Positions 35,282 to 45,138 of a stretch of 60,585 nucleotides of DNA are shown here, in pieces. This stretch comes from Thermoplasmatota archaeon. Lineage in GTDB: Archaea > Thermoplasmatota > JAKEGO01. The stretch is from contig JANQNK010000016.1 in the NCBI GenBank assembly GCA_028279595.1, positions 1-60,585 of the forward strand, read 5' to 3'. Positions within the stretch are counted from its first letter, which is position 1. Every line of letters starts with the position of its first letter. The position numbers were made by a program, and so were the translations under genes. The notes beneath the pieces were generated by a model, which was given only the letters and a program-made list of their open reading frames with translations, did no database searches and was not told where the DNA came from.

Positions 35282-36643
35282 CTAAGCCCTGAAGACGACC
35301 TCCCCGTCGATTATCGTCATGACGACCTGGCCATCTGGCACGTCCCCTGTCAGGACCACGAGGTCGCTGGCCTTCCCTGTATCTATCGATCCGACCTTTC
35401 CCTCCATCATCCCGGCAAAGGCACCGCCACCCGTGTATGCCGTTACGGCCTGTTCGACGGTCAACCGTGCGTTCGCATCGGGATGTTCGAGAGCCCCCTT
35501 CAACCCGAAGAGCGGTCCGATAGGCATGCAGTCCGACCCGAAGGCCAGGCTGCAGTCCAGTCCCTTCCTGTAATTGTTCGCTGTGACGTATCTCGCGCCG
35601 AGGGCTGATTCGTACATCCCTCCGGGCATCCCCCAGTTGACGGTGAAGTTGGGCTGCATCGACGCCACGACGCCGAGCTCTCGCATGGCACTCCAGGCAG
35701 GGCCCGGCACCAGCTCCAGATGCTCGATCCTGGGCCTCGTCATCTCGTGGCTCCCGGCGACCTCGGTGTACGCCTCGACGACGTTCTGAACGGCGGCATC
35801 CCCGAGGGCATGGGTCATCACCTGGAGGCCGAGCTCGGTCGCCCTCATGGCGTGCTCGACGATCGAATCCCTCTCCATGTATGGGCCTCCCCGACTGCCG
35901 TCCGTATAGTCCTCGAGCATCCAGGCAGTCCTGGATCCTATCGATCCGTCGGAGAACAGCTTGATCCCCTCGAAGTCCTCGTGACGCCCGACCGGCTCGT
36001 CCTCCGTGACCCTGTACCCCCTCCACTTCAGAGGGGTCCCGGAGCGCTTCAGGGGCGTGAGGTCGTGCGTGATCTCGTGAACCGTCGTTATCCCCAGGGA
36101 CAACGCAGTATCCGCTCCATGGGTGGCCGCCTCTATCCTTCCCTCGGGACCGGGATCGAATATGTGGAACAGCTCGAGGGCTCCCTTCTCCGACACCCCG
36201 TCGTCCTCTACCGCTCGAGGATGATCCTCCTCGATCAACCTCAACGCCGCCTCGTTGGCGACAGCCTTGTGGCCGCAAACCCGTCTGAGCGCGACCGGGA
36301 AGTCGAACTCCTCGAGGTCATTGGTCCTGATATCATCGGGCCATCCCGATTCATCGTAGTCGATGCCGATGAAAGGTCCCTCGCTTCCCGATATGCGTGA
36401 GATCACATCCGACCATGAGTCCGCATTCCCGAGGTCCGTCGTGAACAGCCTGAGCCCCCAGGCCTGGATGTGCGTATGTGCGTCGATGAACCCCGGAAGC
36501 AGGAGGCCTCCGTCGAGGTCTATGACCTCGTGTCCTGTTGGCTTCGTCACCCCCATTCCGATGTCCTCGATGACCCCCTCGGTCGAAACGAGCGAGTCCC
36601 CGAGACGGGACCTGAAGTTCGTGAGGTATAGGTCGCCTCCCAT
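35282..36643 (-). CDS. amidohydrolase 3 (YtcJ-like)
   Basis: IDLDG.LLLPGFIDAHTH, KLFSDGSIG, HALGD, RIEH, and FGSD. Confidence 0.9.
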   Translation of the reverse strand: MGGDLYLTNFRSRLGDSLVSTEGVIEDIGMGVTKPTGHEVIDLDGGLLLPGFIDAHTHIQAWGLRLFTTDLGNADSWSDVISRISGSEGPFIGIDYDESGWPDDIRTNDLEEFDFPVALRRVCGHKAVANEAALRLIEEDHPRAVEDDGVSEKGALELFHIFDPGPEGRIEAATHGADTALSLGITTVHEITHDLTPLKRSGTPLKWRGYRVTEDEPVGRHEDFEGIKLFSDGSIGSRTAWMLEDYTDGSRGGPYMERDSIVEHAMRATELGLQVMTHALGDAAVQNVVEAYTEVAGSHEMTRPRIEHLELVPGPAWSAMRELGVVASMQPNFTVNWGMPGGMYESALGARYVTANNYRKGLDCSLAFGSDCMPIGPLFGLKGALEHPDANARLTVEQAVTAYTGGGAFAGMMEGKVGSIDTGKASDLVVLTGDVPDGQVVMTIIDGEVVFRA

Positions 36644-36741
36644 GGGAGCGAAGCCGTCTACCCGGATAAAACCCCATCGATTCCCCCTGACATCCACAAT
36701 CCTAAATAGTGAGTCAGCATATTCCCGACGGGGGTAGTTCG

Positions 36742-37470
36742 ATGGATGTCGAGATCTCGGAACTCTCATTCGCCTACGCACTTATGGAGGAGATAATGGG
36801 CTCCATCGAGTCCGAGGCAGACGTGACGTCACTCGGCTCCGGTCTGTTCGACTGGGTATCCCTCGACAGCGACGAGATGAGACGGGGCATCTCGGTGTTC
36901 CTCCACTTCAAGCGACCGGAACTGATGGTCATGGCCACCGCGGCCGAGTGGGAGGACTACGGAAAACCCTACTTCAGGATAACCATCCCGAGGCGCGTCA
37001 AGTCCAACATCCACCGGATGCTCAGGTCCGTGGCGAAGCTCGAACCCGCCACATTCTACGTCGTGCCACTCTTCCAGAGCCAGCAGGAGCTCGACCGACT
37101 GCATCTCATGCGCGGGATCATGGGAGCCACTGCCTTCATTCCCGCCTCGCTCCTCGCCAACATAGATGACAAGGAGCATCACATCACGGGAACGAACCCC
37201 GCCGACCTGAAACTCGATGGCGAACCCCTTGAGGGGGTCCTCACGGGGGATATGTTCACGGCCGAGGTCCTGAGCCAACTCGCCGACGATCAGCGCCTTG
37301 CCCTGATCAACCGGGGGTACCTTCAGAGACAGTACAGGACCCTGCACACCGCCATATTCCCGGGTTCGGCCGCCGATCCCGCCTCCGATTCCGCGTCCAT
37401 CGCCGATGCCATCTCCCGGCTCATGCGGATCTACCTCGGCGGGGAGACCCTCGTCGTGATGAGGAAGTGA
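36742..37470 (+). CDS. hypothetical protein, possible divergent restriction-endonuclease-like fold
   Basis: ISELSFAYAL...FD...VFLHFKRPE...YFRI...FYVVPLF pattern with native codon usage. Confidence 0.55.
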   Translation: MDVEISELSFAYALMEEIMGSIESEADVTSLGSGLFDWVSLDSDEMRRGISVFLHFKRPELMVMATAAEWEDYGKPYFRITIPRRVKSNIHRMLRSVAKLEPATFYVVPLFQSQQELDRLHLMRGIMGATAFIPASLLANIDDKEHHITGTNPADLKLDGEPLEGVLTGDMFTAEVLSQLADDQRLALINRGYLQRQYRTLHTAIFPGSAADPASDSASIADAISRLMRIYLGGETLVVMRK

Positions 37471-37560
37471 GTCCTCGTTGATGGGTCGTCAATTCTCAAG
37501 CCAGTACTGCCATTACACTGGGGAAAAGGATAATATGGTCATACCCTCTCTCACTCTCCG

Positions 37561-37965
37561 ATGACCAAGACGAGATACAAGACGGCTGCGATACTCGCGA
37601 TCGTTGCAGGAGTGCTCCTGCTGATATCCGGGATCGCCGGCGCAGGGACATGGCAATCGCTCAAGGAAGGGTTCGAGGAGAACGTGATGGAGCTCGACTC
37701 CACCATGGAGCTCGTGTTCAACATCATCATCGCACTCGGCGCCCTGGGCGGTCTGTTGGTCATATTCGCAGGACTCCTCCTGATGAAGGGATTGAAGCGC
37801 ACCGCAAGGATACTGATCACCATCGGTGTCGGCATCGGTCTGATAGGTTTCATCATCGCCCTCCTGGTCGCGATGCACAACGACGATATGGTCTCCTTCC
37901 TCTCGCCGACCACCGGACTGATCGGCATAGTCCTGTCGATCGTCGCACGGATGATGGCGAAGTGA
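37561..37965 (+). CDS. four-TM membrane protein
   Basis: Four hydrophobic helices. Confidence 0.75.
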   Translation: MTKTRYKTAAILAIVAGVLLLISGIAGAGTWQSLKEGFEENVMELDSTMELVFNIIIALGALGGLLVIFAGLLLMKGLKRTARILITIGVGIGLIGFIIALLVAMHNDDMVSFLSPTTGLIGIVLSIVARMMAK

Positions 37966-37974
37966 GATGATACC

Positions 37975-39027
37975 ATGCTGGGTGTTGTGCTCGCCGGCGG
38001 AAAGGGCATGCGGCTACGGCCGCTGACCGAGATGAGGCCGAAACCGTTCGTCCCCATCCTCGGAAGACCCTGCATCGATTATGCACTCGACCTCTACGAC
38101 AGCATAGGCATACGGGAGGTCATGATGACGACCTTCTACAAGCCCGAGATGCTGATCGCCCACCTCGGCGGCGGGCTGTCCCGCAACATGTGCATGGTCT
38201 ACTCCATCGAGGACGAGGCCATGGGAACGGCCGGGGGCATCGCCAAGGTCAAGAAGTTCATCAACGAAAGGTTCGTCGTGGTCAGCGGTGACCTCTTCGT
38301 GGACGCCGACCTCAGCGACCTGGTGGCGTTCCACGACAAGAGCGGGGCCGCGGTCACGATGGCCCTCACCGAGGTCGTGAACCCCGTCGAGTACGGCATC
38401 GTCGGCCTCGACGACGACGGGAGGATCGACAGGTTCAAGGAGAAGCCGAAGGAGTCCGAGGTCTTCTCCAATCTAATCAACGCCGGGATATACGTGATCG
38501 AACCCGAGGTCCTCGACCTAGTCCCCGAGGGGAAGAAGTTCGACTTCTCGCGGGACCTGTTCCCACTACTGCGCGAGGAGGGCTCCCTCTTCGGCCGTAA
38601 CCTCGAGGGCATATGGATGGACATCGGGCGCCCGGAGGACCTCCTGCGGGCCAACCGCGAGGAGGCGCGCAAGAAGTTGAGGGAGGCGGACGGCGATCTG
38701 GACAAGAGCGGCCTCATCCACCCGGATGCGGTGATAAAGGGAACGCTCAAGGGCACCCCGTTCATCGCGAAGGGTGTCACAGTGGCCCGGGATGCCGTCG
38801 TGGAGGACTCCTACGTCCTGCCCGGCTCCCGGATCGGAAAGGCTTCCACCGTCACAAACAGCCTCCTACTCGAGAACTCCATGCTTGAGGACCGCTCCAC
38901 CGTTCGTGACACCATACTCGGAGCTGGTACCAAGGTCGAGAACGATTCGAAGCTCGAGGAATGCGTCCTGGGCGACGGGTCCCACGTCCCTGGCGGCTCG
39001 TGGCTCGTCTGCCAGAAGAAGGTGTGA
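37975..39027 (+). CDS. NDP-sugar pyrophosphorylase (mannose-1-P guanylyltransferase-like)
   Basis: LAGGKGMRLRPLT..RPKP, GTAGG, EKP, INAGIY, W.DIG, and a C-terminal beta-helix. Confidence 0.92.
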   Translation: MLGVVLAGGKGMRLRPLTEMRPKPFVPILGRPCIDYALDLYDSIGIREVMMTTFYKPEMLIAHLGGGLSRNMCMVYSIEDEAMGTAGGIAKVKKFINERFVVVSGDLFVDADLSDLVAFHDKSGAAVTMALTEVVNPVEYGIVGLDDDGRIDRFKEKPKESEVFSNLINAGIYVIEPEVLDLVPEGKKFDFSRDLFPLLREEGSLFGRNLEGIWMDIGRPEDLLRANREEARKKLREADGDLDKSGLIHPDAVIKGTLKGTPFIAKGVTVARDAVVEDSYVLPGSRIGKASTVTNSLLLENSMLEDRSTVRDTILGAGTKVENDSKLEECVLGDGSHVPGGSWLVCQKKV

Positions 39028-39033
39028 TCCAGG

Positions 39034-40683
39034 ATGCTGGCTCGCAAGGCCACCCTTGTCATCGTCAACGACATAATAGGGTCGGTCCTCGGGCTGGTAG
39101 CCCTGTTCTTCATCGCCCGGGAACTCAACTCCCACGTACTCGGAATGATCGGGTTCGGCCTCGCGTTCGTCCAGCTCTACGGCATCATCACCAATCTGGG
39201 CTACACGAAGGCACACATCAAACGTGTCTCGGAGGGACAGGACTTCGCCAGGTGCAACGGCACTTTCATCGCCATCAAGGTCACGCTCCTCGTGATATTC
39301 AACGCTGTCATCCTCACCTCCCTCTTCATCTGGACCGACATCATGGGGAACGGGTTCGAGTCGCGCTACCATCTCACGGTCATCTACATCATGATACTGT
39401 GGTTCAACCTCGAGACGTCCTCGAGGATCTTCATCACGACCTTCACGGCGCGGCTGGAGATCGCCAAGGCCCAGGTCCCCCGGATCCTCGGCAACATCGT
39501 CCGGCTGGTCGGTACCATATACTTCGCCATTACCATATCGTCCGACCATTCACGGCTCTACGACGCCGCCATACCACTCGCATGGATGTACGTCCTCGGC
39601 GGCGCTGTCCAGCTCGGGACCGCCATCTACTTCTACCGCGGATATCCGGTGGCGCGTCCTTCCAAGGAGCTGTTCAAGTCCTACACGAAGTACGCCATCC
39701 CGGCGATCATCATGACATCCATGGTCGTCATCACGATCAACACCGACAAGGTGATGGTGCAGGCCTTCTGGTCTTCGCGCCACGTCGGGCTCTACACGGC
39801 GGCCCAGCGCATTGCGTTCGTCATAGTGTTCCTTACGAACGCCATCGCTAGCGTGCTCCTCCCGTCGATATCGAAGCACCATGCGAGGGGTGAGAGAGCC
39901 GAGATCAGGAAGCTCATCAACAGGGCCGAGCGCTACATCATACTGGTCGCCCTTCCCCCCATAGTCATGTTCTTCGTCCTCCCGAACAGGGTCATCCAGA
40001 TCCTCTCAGGAAAGTTCGAGGATGCCGCTCCGATGCTTCAGATCCTGTCCCTCTGGGCGCTCATCACCGTCATCAATACCCCCTACCGGAACCTGATCCA
40101 GGGTTTCGACAGGCCGGGTATCATGGCGAAGGTGAGCATCCTCCAGGCCTCCCTTAACGTCATTCTGAACTTCGTGTTCATACCCGCTGCGCTGTTCGGG
40201 ATCCCACTCCTCGGATGGAGCGCCGTCGGCGCAGCCCTCGCCACGCTGATCACTCAGGTCATCCTCTTCTCCATCGTCAGGCTTTACGCATACAGGCTAT
40301 CGGGCGCCGTAAGCTCACCGAGGAACCTCCTGCTGGTGGGCGGTGGCGTCGCGATGGGCGCTACCCTTCTCTTACTCGACAATCTGCATCCTGCGAACCG
40401 CTGGTTCATCCTCGCGGCCTACGGGATCATCGGGTTGGGCGCTTACGTGGGGACCCTGTCCGCCATGCGGCAGTTCACGAGGAAGGACCTGACGTTCTTC
40501 CTGTCAGCCGTCAACCCCAGGGAGATGGCATCCTACGTGAAGGGCGAGATCACGACCCGCGGCGTCGATGGGGACGAGGATGACGATGAGGGACCCGTGG
40601 ACCATGGAACGGAGGATGGGGACCCGAAAAATACTCCCAGGAAACCGTCTGCACGGAAGTCTCCCAGGCGGAAGGCGAAGTGA
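39034..40683 (+). CDS. Wzx/MurJ-like polysaccharide flippase
   Basis: About 13-14 TM segments, NTDKVM...VGLYTAAQRI, and LP.ISK. Confidence 0.88.
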   Translation: MLARKATLVIVNDIIGSVLGLVALFFIARELNSHVLGMIGFGLAFVQLYGIITNLGYTKAHIKRVSEGQDFARCNGTFIAIKVTLLVIFNAVILTSLFIWTDIMGNGFESRYHLTVIYIMILWFNLETSSRIFITTFTARLEIAKAQVPRILGNIVRLVGTIYFAITISSDHSRLYDAAIPLAWMYVLGGAVQLGTAIYFYRGYPVARPSKELFKSYTKYAIPAIIMTSMVVITINTDKVMVQAFWSSRHVGLYTAAQRIAFVIVFLTNAIASVLLPSISKHHARGERAEIRKLINRAERYIILVALPPIVMFFVLPNRVIQILSGKFEDAAPMLQILSLWALITVINTPYRNLIQGFDRPGIMAKVSILQASLNVILNFVFIPAALFGIPLLGWSAVGAALATLITQVILFSIVRLYAYRLSGAVSSPRNLLLVGGGVAMGATLLLLDNLHPANRWFILAAYGIIGLGAYVGTLSAMRQFTRKDLTFFLSAVNPREMASYVKGEITTRGVDGDEDDDEGPVDHGTEDGDPKNTPRKPSARKSPRRKAK

Positions 40684-40728
40684 TCCATGTTCGCAACGAT
40701 TAAGTACGTTCTCGGCCTTCGAAGGCCC

Positions 40729-41352
40729 ATGGGAGATTTCAGGATAGCCGTGCTTGCCTCCGGGTCTGGCTCGGACCTCCAGTCCATCATCGACGGTGTC
40801 GAGGACGGTTCAATCGACGGACGGATCGTCGTCGTGATCTCCGACAACGAGGACGCCTACGCGCTGACCAGGGCCGAGGACCACGGCATCGAACCCCGTT
40901 ACGTGAGCCGGAAAGGCCTCAAGAGGGCGGAGCACGAGGACGCCGTCTCCGATGTCATCGATTCATTCGACACGGACCTCATCGTGCTCGCCGGATACAT
41001 CCGGATCCTCACACCAGCGTTCATAGCCAGGCACCGCGGGAAGATGATCAACATCCATCCGGCGCTCCTACCCCTGTACGGCGGTCCGGGGATGTACGGG
41101 ATGCATGTCCACGAGGCTGTCCTGGCCAGCGGCGACCGGACATCGGGCTGCTCTGTCCATTTCGTCGACGAGAAGGTGGACGGAGGGCCGATCATCGCCC
41201 AGCGGACTGTCCCGATCGAGGACGGCGACACACCGGAGACCCTCCAGGCCAGGGTCCTCGAGGAGGAGCATCGCCTCCTCCCCGAGGTCGTCGGTCTCAT
41301 CGCGGCCGGAAGGGTCACCCTAGACGGCGATCGCGTCATCATCTCGGATTGA
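40729..41352 (+). CDS. purN: phosphoribosylglycinamide formyltransferase
   Basis: VLASGSGSDLQSII, LAGY, NIHPALLP, and SVHFV...DGGPII. Confidence 0.95.
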   Translation: MGDFRIAVLASGSGSDLQSIIDGVEDGSIDGRIVVVISDNEDAYALTRAEDHGIEPRYVSRKGLKRAEHEDAVSDVIDSFDTDLIVLAGYIRILTPAFIARHRGKMINIHPALLPLYGGPGMYGMHVHEAVLASGDRTSGCSVHFVDEKVDGGPIIAQRTVPIEDGDTPETLQARVLEEEHRLLPEVVGLIAAGRVTLDGDRVIISD

Positions 41353-41450
41353 ACTGGTTATAACCGGGGTCTACCAGGTATCCACCCCGCAAGTCATTAT
41401 ATACCTCCTAGGGAATCCTGCCACGGCACTGAACGAGGTGGAGGCAGAGG

Positions 41451-41786
41451 ATGTTCGAGACAGGGATCAGGCTGGCCAACGGCCAGACGCTCAAATCGTC
41501 CCAGGTCCTGGAGGACCCCGTCCGGGTCCGGATCATGAAGATAATCGCGGACGACCTCGACTCGGTGCATTCCGTCAACGACCTCCAGAGCGTCATCGGC
41601 GCTCCGGTGGATCAGGTCATCGATTCTGTTGCCCACCTCGAGGAGGCGGGTCTGATAGTGCAGAACGAGGGCGGATCGGACGGCTCCGAGTACACCCTGA
41701 CAGAGAACGGCCGAATACTCGTGATAGACATACGCGCCGAGCAGCTTTGGATGAAGCGCCTCGGAGACCTTCTGAACGGTCGTTGA
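41451..41786 (+). CDS. winged-helix (ArsR-like) transcriptional regulator
   Basis: LEDPVRVRIM...HLEEAGLI...YTLTENG. SD GAGGTG. Confidence 0.75.
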   Translation: MFETGIRLANGQTLKSSQVLEDPVRVRIMKIIADDLDSVHSVNDLQSVIGAPVDQVIDSVAHLEEAGLIVQNEGGSDGSEYTLTENGRILVIDIRAEQLWMKRLGDLLNGR

Positions 41787-42038
41787 TTCGTCATTTTCGT
41801 ACGTAATACTATCATTCTGTAGTACGCGCTCCCTGCGGACTCGGTCTCGCAGCAACGCGTGTCACCGATGGAGCCGATGTGGTCACCGTAGGAATAAGCT
41901 CCTCTTGGACTTGGTCTCGCAGGAACGCATGTCAAGAACACCCTCTTTGGTGCTCGGACGACCGTGACAATCCTAATTTACCAACAAATACGCACCGAGG
42001 AGCAAAAGTGCAGAAAACGAAGGCAAATCACCCTTTTT

Positions 42039-42090
42039 TCGTTGGTAATTCGCTTCGGTTTCCTGGTAATTACCAACGACGGTATATAAG
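42039..42090 (+). promoter_or_regulatory. inverted-repeat operator abutting a TATA box
   Basis: TCGTTGGTAATT (42039-50) and AATTACCAACGA (42068-79), an internal palindrome TGGTAATTACCA (42064-75), and TATATAAG at 42083. Confidence 0.6.
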
Positions 42091-42150
42091 CGATGACGTC
42101 GAGTTAGGATTAGCCTCGGGTGAGGCTCGCGGACATGGGGGGTTTGGAGA

Positions 42151-42474
42151 ATGGAACGCACGGAGGTCAATGGGCCGGGTCGGCTGGCGGACGCACATCG
42201 CCACTCTGATCCGCTCCAGGCGGAGATCCTGACCAACATCGAGCGCATCGGTGTTGAGTACCAGGACGCCTTCCTGGAGCGCATCGGTCGGTCGCTCGGC
42301 ATGTCTAACGAGATACTACACCGGCACCTCAGAGCCCTGTCCAGGACAGGGCTTGTCGATGCAGAATGCCGGGCCGATCCCGAGGCGTATCCTGGTTTCA
42401 GGGTGACCTACAGGATAACGGACACCGCCAGGGAGATGCTGGAGAACATCTCCCTCGCCGAGACCATAGGATAG
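42151..42474 (+). CDS. winged-helix DNA-binding protein
   Basis: DPLQAEIL...IGRSLGMS...LHRHLRALSRTGLV...YRITDTAREML. Confidence 0.7.
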   Translation: MERTEVNGPGRLADAHRHSDPLQAEILTNIERIGVEYQDAFLERIGRSLGMSNEILHRHLRALSRTGLVDAECRADPEAYPGFRVTYRITDTAREMLENISLAETIG

Positions 42475-42501
42475 CTCAGGATCATTTCACCTCCACAATA
42501 T

Positions 42502-42572
42502 GGGAACGGGCCCCGCTCCCTTGACGCCCGGACCGGCGGTTCATGGGGCCCATTCCCTTTTCTTGTTTTTTT
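42502..42572 (+). terminator. GC hairpin plus oligo-T terminator-like element
   Basis: GGGAACGGGCCCC...GGGGCCCATTCCC followed by TTTTCTTGTTTTTTT, between convergent genes. Confidence 0.55.
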
Positions 42573-42643
42573 CGAAATTGTAATGACGTTCCCCTACCCC
42601 AGGGTAGTTGTTAGTGGAAATATTAGGGGGGGACCGTTCCAGG

Positions 42644-43054
42644 TCACTTGGTAACGGTCATCTCGTTGAGACCGGATGCCGGATTGAGCTCCCGTCCGAG
42701 GACCACCTCGTCGAACGCCTGGATCGTTATCTCGTTCAGGACGCAGACCGTCGCTTTCTGCAGGTGACCTCCTATGGCGGAATGGTCGGGCATTCCGAGG
42801 ATGCAGTGGATGTGAATGCTCCCTGCGATGCTCCCCAGGAGCGAGAGCAGCTCCACCGGACCCTCGACGAGCTGGTTCTGGTACTCGTTCCCGTCGAAGA
42901 ACCCTATCTCTGCATTCCTCAGCATCCCTATTCCCGCGACGATGGTGCCGGAAGTGAATCCCTCCTTGGCCGCCACCGTCTCGAGGCTGGAGAAGAGGTC
43001 CTCGCCGTCGTCGAGCTTGACGACGACGGTGTTCCCCTCGCGGGCCGACTGCAT
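42644..43054 (-). CDS. PPC/DUF296 domain protein
   Basis: KLDDGEDL...GIG.L...ELLSLLGSI..HIHCILG...IGGHL. Confidence 0.88.
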   Translation of the reverse strand: MQSAREGNTVVVKLDDGEDLFSSLETVAAKEGFTSGTIVAGIGMLRNAEIGFFDGNEYQNQLVEGPVELLSLLGSIAGSIHIHCILGMPDHSAIGGHLQKATVCVLNEITIQAFDEVVLGRELNPASGLNEMTVTK

Positions 43055-43064
43055 GGATATCGCC

Positions 43065-43961
43065 TCAGTCGCCGCCGAGAGCGGTGAGCATCTTCTCGTC
43101 CTTGTCCCACTTGTCCTTGACCCATTGCTCGATGATGCCGTACTGCTCGTCGTCGAAATGCCTGAACCGGCCCTGCTGGTCGAGGTACTCCTTGACAGGA
43201 GTGAACTTCGGCTTCTTGTTGATGGTGACCTTGCCGTTCTCGGCCTCCCAGAGGGTCCACATCCCGGTCTCGACCGCGAGCTTCGAGAGGTCGACTGCGG
43301 AGTTGGGGTCCGCACGCCATCCGGTCGGGCATGGCGCGTAGATCTGCAGGAAGCGGAACCCGGACATCTCCTTCGCCTTCTCGAGCTTCCTGAGGAAGTC
43401 CGCGGGGTAGGCGATGTTCAGGGTCGCGACGTACGGGACGTTGTGGGCAAGCATGATCGTCGCCATGTCCTTCTTGAAGCGCTCCTTTCCCTTGATCTTC
43501 GAGCCGGCGGGGGTCGTGGTGGTCCATGCGCCGTAGGGCGTCGAACCGCTCCTCTGGATCCCCGTGTTCATGTAGGCCTCGTTGTCGTACATGATGTAGA
43601 CGACGTCCTCGTTCCTCTCCGCAGCCCCTGAGAGTGCCTGGAAACCGATGTCCGCAGTTCCGCCGTCGCCGGCGATCCCGAGGACGGTGACATCGTCCCT
43701 GCCGATGTTCTTCAGGGCCCTGGAGATGCCGGTGATGCATGCTCCGGTGTTCTCGAAGGCGACGTGGTTGTACGGCACCTCCCATGCGATCCATGGGTAG
43801 GTCCCGCCGAACACCAGAAGGCAGCAGGCGGGGTTGTACACGACAGACTTCTCGCCGAATATCTTCATCACGTGCCTCATGACGATCGGTGCAGCGCATC
43901 CCGGGCACGCAGTGTGTCCGGGCGTGAAGAGTTCCTTGTCCGGTAGTTCCTTGATGTTCAC
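43065..43961 (-). CDS. porB: pyruvate/2-oxoacid:ferredoxin oxidoreductase beta subunit
   Basis: PGHTACPGC, TPP motif GDGGT.DIG...YDNEAYMNTG.Q, and APCPTGW. The GTG start overlaps the porA stop. Confidence 0.93.
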   Translation of the reverse strand: MNIKELPDKELFTPGHTACPGCAAPIVMRHVMKIFGEKSVVYNPACCLLVFGGTYPWIAWEVPYNHVAFENTGACITGISRALKNIGRDDVTVLGIAGDGGTADIGFQALSGAAERNEDVVYIMYDNEAYMNTGIQRSGSTPYGAWTTTTPAGSKIKGKERFKKDMATIMLAHNVPYVATLNIAYPADFLRKLEKAKEMSGFRFLQIYAPCPTGWRADPNSAVDLSKLAVETGMWTLWEAENGKVTINKKPKFTPVKEYLDQQGRFRHFDDEQYGIIEQWVKDKWDKDEKMLTALGGD

Positions 43962-45133
43962 GGGTTCACCCCCCTTGTTCCTATCCAAACGATGTCCTTC
44001 TCGGCCTTGCCCTCCTTGGCTGCCTTGAGAAGCATGTCGAACATGAGCTCGACGTCCTCGGACATGACGTCCCTTCCGCCTATCCCGGCGAGGAAGTTCA
44101 TGACCGGTATGGTGTAGCCGTAGAGCGCGTGGCGGCCCTCGATGTAGCTGGGTCCGCCGACGCCGTAGGAGACCGAACGATCGTAGAATCCGATCGCATC
44201 CACCCTCGAGGCGATCTCGCGGATCTGTTCGAGGGGATATGGCCTGAAGAAGCGGAGCTTGACTATGCCCACCTTCTTCCCGGCCTCGCGCATCCTGTCC
44301 ACTACAGCGCGGGCCGTCGAGGTGACCGTTCCGAGGGTCACGAGGATGACATCGGCGTCGTCTGTCCTGTACTCCTCGAGCATCCCGTGGTAGTCCCTGC
44401 CGAACTGCTCGGCGAACTCCCTGTTGACACGCTCGATGACCGCCTCCGCCTTCCTCATGGCGACATCGGTCTGGTACCTGACCTCCTGGATGTACTCCGG
44501 CGGCGAGAACGTTCCCACAGCCATCGGCGTCTCGGGGAGCAGGTTCGCGATCGGGTCGTAGGGTGGCAGGAACCTGTCCACCTCCTCCTGCTCTATCAGA
44601 TCCACCGGCTCGACTGTGTGCGACAGGATGAAGGCGTCGAGGTTGACCATCATCGGGAGGAGCACATCGTGGTCCTCCGCGATCTTGAAGGCCTGTATCG
44701 TCATGTCCAGGACCTCCTGGTTGTCCTCCACGTACACCTGGAGCCACCCGGTGTCCCTCTGGGGCATGGTATCGTTGTACTCGACCCATATTCCGATGGG
44801 TCCTGCGACCGTCCTGTTGACGACCGGCATGACCACCGGCAGCCGCTGTGCGGATGCGATGAACAGGATCTCGTGCATGAGCGCCAGGCCCTGCGAGGCG
44901 GTCGCGGTGAACGTCCTGACACCGGTCGCCGAGGCGGACACGCATGCGCTCATTGCCGAGTGCTCGCTGTCCATCCTGACGAACTGGGTGTCCATCTCCC
45001 CGTCGTTCACGAACTCCGAGATGTGCTCGACGATGAACGTCTGGGGCGTGATCGGATAAGCGGCCACGACATCGGGCTTGCATACCTTCGCTCCGTAGGC
45101 CGCCGCGTAATTCCCTGTTACTACCCTTTTCAT
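43958..45133 (-). CDS. porA: 2-oxoacid:ferredoxin oxidoreductase alpha subunit
   Basis: AAYPITPQT, SEHSAMSAC, TATASQGL, and LRFFRPYP. Confidence 0.93.
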   Translation of the reverse strand: MKRVVTGNYAAAYGAKVCKPDVVAAYPITPQTFIVEHISEFVNDGEMDTQFVRMDSEHSAMSACVSASATGVRTFTATASQGLALMHEILFIASAQRLPVVMPVVNRTVAGPIGIWVEYNDTMPQRDTGWLQVYVEDNQEVLDMTIQAFKIAEDHDVLLPMMVNLDAFILSHTVEPVDLIEQEEVDRFLPPYDPIANLLPETPMAVGTFSPPEYIQEVRYQTDVAMRKAEAVIERVNREFAEQFGRDYHGMLEEYRTDDADVILVTLGTVTSTARAVVDRMREAGKKVGIVKLRFFRPYPLEQIREIASRVDAIGFYDRSVSYGVGGPSYIEGRHALYGYTIPVMNFLAGIGGRDVMSEDVELMFDMLLKAAKEGKAEKDIVWIGTRGVNP

Positions 45134-45138
45134 CCTTT

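Noticed and set aside
34896-36278. 460-aa ORF as called in the track, and likewise the N-extended calls 33115..33927, 43065..45083 and 19242..20834
   Set aside because: The N-terminal parts are Arg/Gly/Pro-rich shadow frames overlapping real genes or promoters. Only the C-terminal parts are coding.
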